DNA of 64,000 nt from a virus, in IMG/VR virus record IMGVR_UViG_3300031746_000001; one strand, given 5' to 3'. Below the pieces are notes generated by a model, which did not search any database, was not told the DNA's origin, and saw only the letters and a list, made by a program, of their open reading frames with translations. Both the position numbers and the translations under genes were made by a program. Positions within the stretch are counted from its first letter, which is position 1; each line of letters begins with the position of its first letter. Shown here piece by piece: positions 43,793-51,464 of this stretch.

Positions 43793-44119
43793 TCATAGAA
43801 CTATTCTGTTCTCGTTGCCCCGGGTCGGGGGAGGCCGCCTGCACTTCCCGTTGGACCGATCCGGGAGACTGACCATCACGAAGGGCATGGCCACTTCAAT
43901 CAGGATGACCACCACGATCATTAGGCCCCAAGCCCACAGACCGCCCCCGATCACGGAAGCCACGCCCCCCAGACTCAGTAAAATAAGCCTCCCCCAGTCC
44001 CACGCCCTGAGCACCCGCTGGGTAGAGGCGTTTACCCCCCTTTTGAGCCTCCTGTAAGCCCACAGGCGGGCGACCGTCAGGAGCAGGATGGAACCCCCCA
44101 CCAGAACGAGCGTAAGCAC
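43793..44119 (-). CDS. small membrane protein
   Basis: About three hydrophobic segments. Confidence 0.6.
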   Translation of the reverse strand: MLTLVLVGGSILLLTVARLWAYRRLKRGVNASTQRVLRAWDWGRLILLSLGGVASVIGGGLWAWGLMIVVVILIEVAMPFVMVSLPDRSNGKCRRPPPTRGNENRIVL

Positions 44120-44132
44120 CTACAGCCTCCTT

Positions 44133-44345
44133 TCAGCCCTCAACGGGCTCCCCGGATTGATCCCGGGCGGCTCTCCGAGCAATCTCCACAGACTTGGCCA
44201 CCCCAGAGAAGAGCTTGCCCTTGCTGTCCCGGTAGTCCCACTGCACCATCCTCCGGCCTGAGAACTTCGAGACGAACTCATCGTAGGCGAACTGACCGGG
44301 GGTCTTGGTCGTCGAGCATCCCTGAGAATCGTTCAGCCCCATCAC
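44133..44345 (-). CDS. hypothetical protein
   Basis: QWDYRD..GKLFS. Confidence 0.6.
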   Translation of the reverse strand: MMGLNDSQGCSTTKTPGQFAYDEFVSKFSGRRMVQWDYRDSKGKLFSGVAKSVEIARRAARDQSGEPVEG

Positions 44346-44352
44346 ATCCTCC

Positions 44353-44580
44353 CTAATCTTTCACGTCGAGTGAGTCCCACGCCATGCTTACTTTATTCTC
44401 CGCATCTCTCAAGGCGATCCTGGCGTGTTCGAGGTGCTTACGCCAGTCCTTCTCGTGCTCGACGTAAGCCTTCCACGCCTCTCCCACTCTCCGAGAAGCT
44501 TCTCCGGATAGCCGGGAAACTTCTTCGTCAAGCCGCCAGAGGGCGTCCTTCACTTCCTGTCGTTTTTGTTCTCTCGCCAT
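44353..44580 (-). CDS. small coiled-coil protein
   Basis: AAGGAG SD before ATG 44580. Confidence 0.6.
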   Translation of the reverse strand: MAREQKRQEVKDALWRLDEEVSRLSGEASRRVGEAWKAYVEHEKDWRKHLEHARIALRDAENKVSMAWDSLDVKD

Positions 44581-44599
44581 CGCATCTCCTTCAGACCGG

Positions 44600-44678
44600 G
44601 TATTGGGGTTAGATCGCATGGCAGGACTTTGGACCTGCCTCGTGCCTTAAGTGCGGGGATGACCCCGCACCCCATCGG
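44600..44678 (-). ncRNA. candidate structured intergenic RNA motif, copy 1
   Basis: GTGCGGGG/CCCCGCAC stem, GCAGG/CCTGC stem and AACCCCAA; repeated at 45364-45487. Confidence 0.5.
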
Positions 44679-45077
44679 CTATAGACCTTTGGCTGTGACC
44701 TTGCCGCCCTTCAGCTTGGCTTCCGCCCGAGCTTTCATGTCGGCATCGATCTGGACCTTCGGATCGGTCTTGGGCTTGGCATCCGGAGCGACATCAGCCG
44801 GGGCACGCACGGCTGGCTTCTCGGCCTTCGGATTGGCCTCCGGCTTCTTGGCTTCGGCCTTCGCTTTCGGTTGGGCCTTCGGAGCGGCCGCCTTCGGAGC
44901 GGCCTTCTTGGATCCCGGCTTGGCCACGTGCCCGCCCTTCTTGAAAGCCTTCATGATTCGCCACACCATGCCTCTCGAGATCTTCAGGTCCCGAACGATC
45001 TGGGAATCCTTCTTGCCCTCCTTGTGCAGGGCGATCACCCGATCACGGTATGCGTCTGCGGACTTCTTATTTGACAT
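44679..45077 (-). CDS. HTH protein with histone H1-like K/A/P-rich tail
   Basis: SQIVRDLKISRGMVWRIM; KKAAPKAAAPKA. Confidence 0.7.
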   Translation of the reverse strand: MSNKKSADAYRDRVIALHKEGKKDSQIVRDLKISRGMVWRIMKAFKKGGHVAKPGSKKAAPKAAAPKAQPKAKAEAKKPEANPKAEKPAVRAPADVAPDAKPKTDPKVQIDADMKARAEAKLKGGKVTAKGL

Positions 45078-45113
45078 TCTGATTCACCTCCCATCATTCA
45101 CTTAGATTTAAAT

Positions 45114-45350
45114 TCACCCGATTCGTAGAGTAGCGATGATTATTATTTTATCCCCAGGATACACTTTCTTCCTTCTGGTTCTCCGCTTTCCGTTCACGTG
45201 AATTCGTAACCACTTCGTCGTGGATATTCTCGCGGCTAGGAAAACCTGTCCAACAGATTCACCACTGGATGGAACGAGCACAATCTTAGGCACGTGACCA
45301 AGACGGTAAATTATGACACGCCCCCATTCTTTCTTTTTCATATTCTCCAC
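45114..45350 (-). CDS. second ubiquitin-like beta-grasp protein ending LRIG
   Basis: SVGQVF..A.I......VNG......V.PGDKIII.....G-COOH. Confidence 0.65.
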   Translation of the reverse strand: MENMKKKEWGRVIIYRLGHVPKIVLVPSSGESVGQVFLAARISTTKWLRIHVNGKRRTRRKKVYPGDKIIIIATLRIG

Positions 45351-45363
45351 GTCTCTCCTTTTG

Positions 45364-45487
45364 ATTTGGGGTTCGCCTGCAGGTTACTTGGGATATCCTG
45401 CGTGGCCTTAGTGCGGGGGTGGACTCTGCGTCATGGTGTCGGATACGCACACCGTCTTGCGAGGTCGCACCCCGCACCCCTCGGCTC
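45364..45487 (-). ncRNA. candidate structured intergenic RNA motif, copy 2 (expanded loop)
   Basis: Same stems as copy 1, with about 50 nt in place of the 4-nt loop. Confidence 0.5.
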
Positions 45488-45913
45488 TCAGGCTACGACA
45501 ACCGTCCCCTGAATGGCCTTGACCTTGAGCTTCTTCCCGGCCTTGACCTTGAGCTCCGGCTTCTCGCTGTGACTCGTCGAAGCCGCCAGGGAAGTGGTCA
45601 GGATGATCTGCGTGGCCTCGTTGACCTTCGTGAGGGCGAGCTCGAAGGCGTCCTTATACTTGGGCGTATCCCGTGGCGTGATCGATGCCACGATCGTGAC
45701 CTCACCAACCGCCACTTCCTGGTTGGGATAGGCCATTACCTGATGGACGGTCTCGCCCCGGAACCCCTCTTCGATTTCTCCGAGCCGCTTCAGTTCGGCG
45801 TTCAGATTGCTGATGTTGGCTTTCACGGTCATCCACTCCTTGAGCGATGCCCTCAAATTGCCCTCAGCCTGAACGGGCGGCTGAATGTTGATACCGACAT
45901 CGTTCTGCTTCAT
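45488..45913 (-). CDS. hypothetical protein
   Basis: Coiled coil; start moved to ATG 45913. Confidence 0.6.
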   Translation of the reverse strand: MKQNDVGINIQPPVQAEGNLRASLKEWMTVKANISNLNAELKRLGEIEEGFRGETVHQVMAYPNQEVAVGEVTIVASITPRDTPKYKDAFELALTKVNEATQIILTTSLAASTSHSEKPELKVKAGKKLKVKAIQGTVVVA

Positions 45914-45917
45914 GGCT

Positions 45918-46235
45918 TCATACTCCTTTCGTTCCGAACTCTGCATCGAGCTCCCGGACCGCCCGCTGGGATCCCGGCAGGTATCCGAACTGACCGTAGA
46001 AGGCATCCCGGAAGAGGGACATCGCCAGGGCGCTCGAGATCCGCCCGTGATCCGTCCCGTCGAACATGAGATGACCGCCCTTCACTGCGATGACCCCGTT
46101 GTAGGGCTCCTGCCCCCCGAACTCCTTGTGGGCGCCAGGGGAAGTCACGAACAGCCTGATCTCTTCGCCCTCAAGCGTCTCGAGAAGCCTCGGGGCCATC
46201 CATCTCGTAAAGTCCTTCGCTGTCTTCGGGGTCAT
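45918..46235 (-). CDS. hypothetical protein
   Basis: SD GAGGAG. Confidence 0.6.
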   Translation of the reverse strand: MTPKTAKDFTRWMAPRLLETLEGEEIRLFVTSPGAHKEFGGQEPYNGVIAVKGGHLMFDGTDHGRISSALAMSLFRDAFYGQFGYLPGSQRAVRELDAEFGTKGV

Positions 46236-46237
46236 GG

Positions 46238-46540
46238 CTAGCTCCTCTCTTCGCCAACGTGGATTTTGAAAGCCTTGCGGGATTTCTTCGGGGGCTTGAT
46301 GCTGGCGAGGATGGCCGGATAGATCGAATCGTTGATCCCGACATTCGGCGGAAGATGAACCGCCACGCTCATGGGCGCCCGCTTTCCGTCCTTCCTGGCT
46401 TCCCAGATAAAAACCACCGGAGCCTTGCCTTCGTCGAGCATCTCTCCCCGGCCTCTGAAAATGTCCAGGCCGGAATCGATGCCGCTCCGAAAGTCGTAAC
46501 CCACGATGGTCTGCGTCCTGCTGATCTTCACTTCTGACAT
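46238..46540 (-). CDS. hypothetical protein
   Basis: First gene after a promoter cassette. Confidence 0.65.
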   Translation of the reverse strand: MSEVKISRTQTIVGYDFRSGIDSGLDIFRGRGEMLDEGKAPVVFIWEARKDGKRAPMSVAVHLPPNVGINDSIYPAILASIKPPKKSRKAFKIHVGEERS

Positions 46541-46591
46541 CTTGCTCTCCTCCTACTTGGGGTTAGGGGATTACCTGCTTACCACGATACC

Positions 46592-46620
46592 ATTATACCT
46601 AATTCGTAATTGACAGTCAA
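46592..46620 (-). promoter_or_regulatory. sigma70 promoter of the repeated promoter-leader cassette
   Basis: TTGACT-17-TATAAT. Confidence 0.85.
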
Positions 46621-46725
46621 GGGCTTTGCCGAGAATTCTTTAAAATCTTTTCCTCATAGGGTATGTTCGTTCACTATCTTTCAAGGGCGTAGGAACCATG
46701 ACCCACGCCCCTGCGGATCGTAGCC

Positions 46726-47050
46726 TCACAAGCCCCCCACGACGCCGAACGGTGCGTCATCATCGGTAGGGACGGGCGATTGGGCATCCGGCCTTCGAGC
46801 TCGCACCGTAGGCCGGGGTGTAGGCCGACGCTCCGTCCTTTCCATCTCCCTCCGTAGGGACGTGCAGGGACGGATATCCCCGACCACGTGCCAGAAGCCC
46901 CGGGCATCATGCCTTGAGATCGTCCACCTCGTAACGAGCGCCTTCCGTCCGGAGGCCGTTCGGGAACTGAACCCAGCCATCCCTGCCCTGCGGTCGCACC
47001 CGCAGTTTCCGTTTCGACGGATCGTAGACGACTTCTAAGATTACGCTCAT
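46726..47050 (-). pseudogene. frameshifted gene; joined product ends FGVVGGL
   Basis: MSVILE...LRVR...WVQFPNGLRTEGARYEVDDLK, then +1 frame HDARGFWHVVGDI...; one extra base near 46912. Confidence 0.6.
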
Positions 47051-47054
47051 GGCA

Positions 47055-47831
47055 TTACCTTAGATGGACGACCTTCGTCCGGGATCCGTCACGACCGACC
47101 ACGAAGTAGATCCCGCTGTGCTCCATCTGATCGACCCGGCGGCCCAGCAGGTCGTAAATCCCCGGCCTCAAGCCGCTGACGTGGACCGCGCTCTTAGGCT
47201 TCGCTGGGCCCTCCTCCACCCCGTTGAGCGTGAACGTCCCAGTAAGGTAAGCATCGTCCACGAAGAGGGTGTCAAAACGGGCTGTAATTTGGCATCCGAG
47301 AGTTATCGAGCTCAGCGTATCCCTCACCCGGAAGGAATCTCCTGCGGCCAGGGTAATGGTCATTAAGTCCCTATCTAGGGTATGCCAAAGCGTGTCGAAG
47401 CCTGGGATGGTGTCCCGTCGGTTCACCCTCCACGTCGTGATCCCTCCGCTATCCGCACAGAACCCCCGCACCCAGGTATACGAGGACAAGGTTATCCCCG
47501 CAGTCCAAGGCATCTTCTTGACCTTCACGTTGAGATGAACCCGATACGTTCCCGGCCCATGCACTGCGGGCACTCCCAAGATGTTCTTCGTCTGAGAAAG
47601 GTTAGAGGTTATCCCCTGAAGCATGAGGCTGTGGCTTGGCGAGACGAACCGGAGCGAGTCCGCCTTAATCAGGTAAGGGTAGCTTCCGCCCCAAACCTTC
47701 CAACCCCAAACGTACCTCACGCCGTTGTAGACGTAGGTGCTCTCCATGTCGGCGAACGTCGTGAGGGTGTCTGCCGCGAAAGCGGTTGCGCTCATCACGA
47801 GCACTGCGATCACTAACAGGAACTTCTTCAT
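47055..47831 (-). CDS. secreted protein with T9SS-type C-terminal sorting-like domain
   Basis: Signal peptide MKKFLLVIAVLVMSATAFA; GVEE...IYDLLGRRV...SGIYFV...KVVHLR. Confidence 0.75.
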   Translation of the reverse strand: MKKFLLVIAVLVMSATAFAADTLTTFADMESTYVYNGVRYVWGWKVWGGSYPYLIKADSLRFVSPSHSLMLQGITSNLSQTKNILGVPAVHGPGTYRVHLNVKVKKMPWTAGITLSSYTWVRGFCADSGGITTWRVNRRDTIPGFDTLWHTLDRDLMTITLAAGDSFRVRDTLSSITLGCQITARFDTLFVDDAYLTGTFTLNGVEEGPAKPKSAVHVSGLRPGIYDLLGRRVDQMEHSGIYFVVGRDGSRTKVVHLR

Positions 47832-48112
47832 GACTGATTCTCCTCTTTTAGAATTTGCTCTACAGTTCGATCCTTGACTATCTTCGGGTCCCCGTAGGGA
47901 ATTCCGGTACGCCATTCCTTCTCAACGGTCTCTGCGGCTTTAATGAGAGCCACGTCCGTGACGGACCCACGTTCGCCTTGAATCTGGACCTCCGCCATGA
48001 GATTATCCATCGCCAGGCCGATAGCTTCCCCCGTCACGTCCTTCCCCTCCTCCACTTCGAGAGCAACGCAAACCTTGTATTCGAAGGTCACGCAAAACAG
48101 TTTGGTCATCAT
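47828..48112 (-). CDS. hypothetical protein
   Basis: Coupled ORF with SD. Confidence 0.6.
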   Translation of the reverse strand: MMTKLFCVTFEYKVCVALEVEEGKDVTGEAIGLAMDNLMAEVQIQGERGSVTDVALIKAAETVEKEWRTGIPYGDPKIVKDRTVEQILKEENQS

Positions 48113-48402
48113 CCCTCCTTCCGAATCCAGGCGAAGGGTAGGCTGTAGGACGGGCTCCATTGCACCTGGACCCAGACCTTCGTTCCCTTCTTGAACTGCG
48201 GCCCGAGGCCGTGGATGCTCCCGTCGAGGAAATCATACTCACGACCGTAGCGGTCACGAACGATCTTGTGGCCGGGATAGAAGTAGGACTTCATATCGAA
48301 GGGCCCAGCCTTGCAGGAACTGGCCTTCACGACCTTGATAACCTCGCCCCGGACCTTCCGGTGCGACCCGCAGGCAGGCCGGGATAACTTTAAGTGTCTC
48401 AT
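48109..48402 (-). CDS. hypothetical protein
   Basis: Start moved to ATG 48402. Confidence 0.5.
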   Translation of the reverse strand: MRHLKLSRPACGSHRKVRGEVIKVVKASSCKAGPFDMKSYFYPGHKIVRDRYGREYDFLDGSIHGLGPQFKKGTKVWVQVQWSPSYSLPFAWIRKEG

Positions 48403-48404
48403 CT

Positions 48405-49037
48405 CTACCATCCTCTCATCCGCAGGCGCTGAACGTCCGTCTCGCACCAGAAGCCATGCCACTTCTTCTTCCGGCAGTAAATCCTCCGGAGCTTCGTGAA
48501 CTCGGCGATGTTGTCCGTGCAGAGGTTGTCCCAGATATCGCTCCAGATGGTCTCGTAGACCACACCCTTCGGAGGACGCCACACGAAGGCATCGGCCTGA
48601 ACGATCGTGAGAGGCGTCTTGGCATACTTCTCGGTGAGATAATACTGCACGAGGTTGAGCACGTCCTCCGATCGCTCAATCACAGTGACGGACTTGACTG
48701 CAGGATGCTGTAGGCAGATCTCCGTGGCCAACCCGAGCCCGAGGCCGTGGATGAGGATGTTGCCCTCCGCACGATACACCAGAGATCGCATGTCCTCCAT
48801 CTCCGCAGTGGTGTCCGACATAATCACGTCGCCGTTCCGGGTGAGCTTTGTGTAGTTCCCGGGATCCGGAGCCCGAAAGCCCCTGCCCTGCAGAGCCTGG
48901 ACCGTGTGACGCATCCGCTCCATCGAGGCTTCGGCCTCTGAAATCGTGAACTTCTCCACCTCCCACGATCCGGACTTCCCGGCAGGGACGCCGGACTTGA
49001 TCTTCAGTAGCTTATTGGCAAGGTCGTAGTCGCTCAT
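48405..49037 (-). CDS. SAM-dependent methyltransferase-fold protein (spermidine synthase-like)
   Basis: MSDT..E, ILIHGLGLG, VTVIE, ADAF, DIW. Confidence 0.8.
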   Translation of the reverse strand: MSDYDLANKLLKIKSGVPAGKSGSWEVEKFTISEAEASMERMRHTVQALQGRGFRAPDPGNYTKLTRNGDVIMSDTTAEMEDMRSLVYRAEGNILIHGLGLGLATEICLQHPAVKSVTVIERSEDVLNLVQYYLTEKYAKTPLTIVQADAFVWRPPKGVVYETIWSDIWDNLCTDNIAEFTKLRRIYCRKKKWHGFWCETDVQRLRMRGW

Positions 49038-49099
49038 GTTATTCTCCTGAATTGGTTCGGGGAGGGATTTTAGTCCCTCCCCATTCCTCCTCAGATCGA

Positions 49100-50161
49100 T
49101 TACGCGCCCTTATAGGCGTTCTTCAGGATGGCGTCGAGGGCATCCGGACCGTCGTCCACGATCTTCGTGGCCATCGCGAAGCCCCTCGCTTTGAGGTCCG
49201 AGCCCGTCCCGAACAGGATGCGCTCGAGGCGTCCCTCTCCCCCGCCCCTGCGGGTGTCCTGGTAGTCGACGAACTCCGTCACGCCGTTCAGGGCTCCCCA
49301 CAGCGACCCTCTGACACCAGGGATGTTCGATCCCCGGCCTTCGTTCGAGAGCCTCAGCATCTCGTTCCGGATGAAGGCGTTGCGATCGTTGCGCCGGATT
49401 TCGTCCGGGCTCACAGCCTTCGGATCGTCCAGAACGACGGCCTTGAAGTAATTCACGGCCCGCTCGTTGTTCATGGGAACCTTGGCGGTCTCCCTAATGA
49501 GCTCTTCGATCTGATCGTAGGACTTCCGCACGATGCCCATCAGATCGGCCACCTTGTCGAGGTTGACGGCCACGTCCGGGAAGTGCCGAACCTTGTAGGC
49601 CTTCTTCCCGTCCCCCGTCGCCATCTGCAGAGTGTTCTGACAGACGACCCGGATCGGGGTGAACTTCACGCCGACCGAGCTGGACCCGTCGTGGGTGTTG
49701 TAGAGAAGGAGGTACTTGTCGACCACGTCCCCCTTGAGAACCCGGATGCTGTCCGGAAGCTTAACCAGAACCCAGATACGCTCGCCCTGGCCCAGGGCCC
49801 CGGCTGTGTGGTAGATCGCCTGACCCTCCCCCACGATGTTGTCGAAGAAGCCGAAGGCTTCCGTGTTCTGAAGCGGGGTATACTGCTTCCCCACCACGCC
49901 CAGGACGACCCGCCTCTCCCCGTCCTCACGAACGGTCGCGAACTTGTCCGGGACCTGAAGAGCGTTGTGCTCCCCGTTCTCGTCGTGCATGGCCATCAGC
50001 TCATACTTCTTGACTGGCCAGTCGAGCCCTGCGGCTGTGATGGCCTCTTTGGACGTGGCCGGGCCGTTCAGCTGAGTCCCCAGACCGTGCCAGGGGCTCT
50101 CTGAATGCCAAAAGAGAGCGTGTCCCTTCCCGTCCGACCTTTGCATCAAGTTATGCGACAT
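49100..50161 (-). CDS. DUF932 family phage/plasmid protein
   Basis: PWHGLG, AGLDW.V, Y..LQN..AF.FF, HDGS, TPIRVVCQNTL. Confidence 0.92.
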   Translation of the reverse strand: MSHNLMQRSDGKGHALFWHSESPWHGLGTQLNGPATSKEAITAAGLDWPVKKYELMAMHDENGEHNALQVPDKFATVREDGERRVVLGVVGKQYTPLQNTEAFGFFDNIVGEGQAIYHTAGALGQGERIWVLVKLPDSIRVLKGDVVDKYLLLYNTHDGSSSVGVKFTPIRVVCQNTLQMATGDGKKAYKVRHFPDVAVNLDKVADLMGIVRKSYDQIEELIRETAKVPMNNERAVNYFKAVVLDDPKAVSPDEIRRNDRNAFIRNEMLRLSNEGRGSNIPGVRGSLWGALNGVTEFVDYQDTRRGGGEGRLERILFGTGSDLKARGFAMATKIVDDGPDALDAILKNAYKGA

Positions 50162-50741
50162 GACTTCCTCCTTTGATTAACGGTTCTTTTAAATTCCCGT
50201 GCGGGCAGTATCCGAAGTGTGCGATTGCCATGTTGCAATTCCAGCACAGAATCCGAAACTTATCCTCCGGAAATCCCTGCCTTTTGATGTCGAGATAGAC
50301 CTTTTGACTTCCCCTGCCTTTTAGAATCTTCCGGTGAACGTTGCCGCCGCCGCCGATGTGATCGACCGTAAGGAACTCTTCTCGGCGCTCACCACAGCAC
50401 TTGCACTTTCCACCCAGAGCCTGCAACACTTCCAATTTGAGCCTTCGCTGACTATTCCGACCCCACCTCCTGGAATTTTCTAAACCCTTCTCGGTTTTCC
50501 TGTAGACATCTCTCTTGTAAATCGTGCTCTCCCTCTTATCGCAAGCCTTACACCAGCCACTCCATCCATCGGCTCGGGTTGCTGAATGGTAGAACTCGCT
50601 CCGGCCCGGTTCGGTAGACTTAAACTTACGACATCGAGGACACCTCTTCATCTTGCCCCTTAAAGTCGAAGCCCCCTCATCCGGTTGCTCAGGCGAAAAG
50701 GCGGCTCTCCGTCTGCGGACTTGGGGGCTCGTGATAATCAT
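50151..50741 (-). CDS. free-standing HNH endonuclease
   Basis: CPRC...WCKAC; GGKCKCCGE...LTVDH..GGG..HR...LCWNCN...CPH. Confidence 0.88.
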   Translation of the reverse strand: MIITSPQVRRRRAAFSPEQPDEGASTLRGKMKRCPRCRKFKSTEPGRSEFYHSATRADGWSGWCKACDKRESTIYKRDVYRKTEKGLENSRRWGRNSQRRLKLEVLQALGGKCKCCGERREEFLTVDHIGGGGNVHRKILKGRGSQKVYLDIKRQGFPEDKFRILCWNCNMAIAHFGYCPHGNLKEPLIKGGSHVA

Positions 50742-50799
50742 TCAAAAGCCTTTAAGCTCTGAGCAACACAGTGATTGTAGCTTAAATCGGGAAAGGAAG

Positions 50800-50868
50800 T
50801 CAAGCGGTCCCGAACCAGAACATGCTGTGCCCTTTTCCGTCCGCTCTCTCCATCAGATTGTGTGACAT
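50800..50868 (-). pseudogene. orphaned original N-terminus of DUF932
   Basis: MSHNLMERADGKGHSMFWFGTA* versus MSHNLMQRSDGKGHALFWHSES. Confidence 0.92.
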
Positions 50869-50907
50869 TTCCGCTTCTCCTTTTGAATTGGGGTTAACGA
50901 CGATACA

Positions 50908-51237
50908 TCAATTAACAAAATCTTCCCAGCGGAGCCCGCTGAGATTTGAACTCCCGCCCTCGCCCGGCAACTTCACCTTCAATGCCGTCGCCCATGAGTA
51001 GACCCAGCCCAGAACCATAGGATAGTCAGCCTGCTCATTCATGACCCTCACGCAGAGGGTATGAGCCGGGCACTTCGAGCATCGATCACCCTCCGGGAAA
51101 ACCCTCTGAACCTCTGCACAGAAACTGGCCGGAAGAGTCTCCTCCACTCCTCGAGGAATCCAAATTTGGAACCCCTCTCTGTCCAACGCCCTCCGCCAGT
51201 TTTCCTTCGTCCAGCCTTCAGGCCACACCTGACTCAT
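50908..51237 (-). CDS. hypothetical protein
   Basis: First gene after a promoter cassette; GAGGAGG SD. Confidence 0.6.
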   Translation of the reverse strand: MSQVWPEGWTKENWRRALDREGFQIWIPRGVEETLPASFCAEVQRVFPEGDRCSKCPAHTLCVRVMNEQADYPMVLGWVYSWATALKVKLPGEGGSSNLSGLRWEDFVN

Positions 51238-51288
51238 GCTCTCCTCCTCACTTGGGGTTAAGGGATAATGCTCGCTCGCTACGATACC

Positions 51289-51317
51289 ATTATACCTATT
51301 CCCAGATTGCAAGTCAA
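51289..51317 (-). promoter_or_regulatory. sigma70 promoter of the repeated promoter-leader cassette
   Basis: TTGACT-17-TATAAT. Confidence 0.85.
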
Positions 51318-51464
51318 GCCCCTTTGAGAAAAATCTTTCTCGAAGGGGCCTGTTCGTTCACCATCTCATTTCAGGGACGGGCTGGGCACGGGACAGGGCA
51401 TCTGAGGTCGGTCTCGGCCTTAGATGCGAACGGTGGGCATCTGGTGGCTGTCTGGGAGGCCTTC

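Noticed and set aside
1140-50868. Endonucleases as group I intron or intein cargo
   Set aside because: There are no in-frame intein ends, little room for ribozyme cores, two are antisense, and the host genes are already complete. A covariance search was not run.
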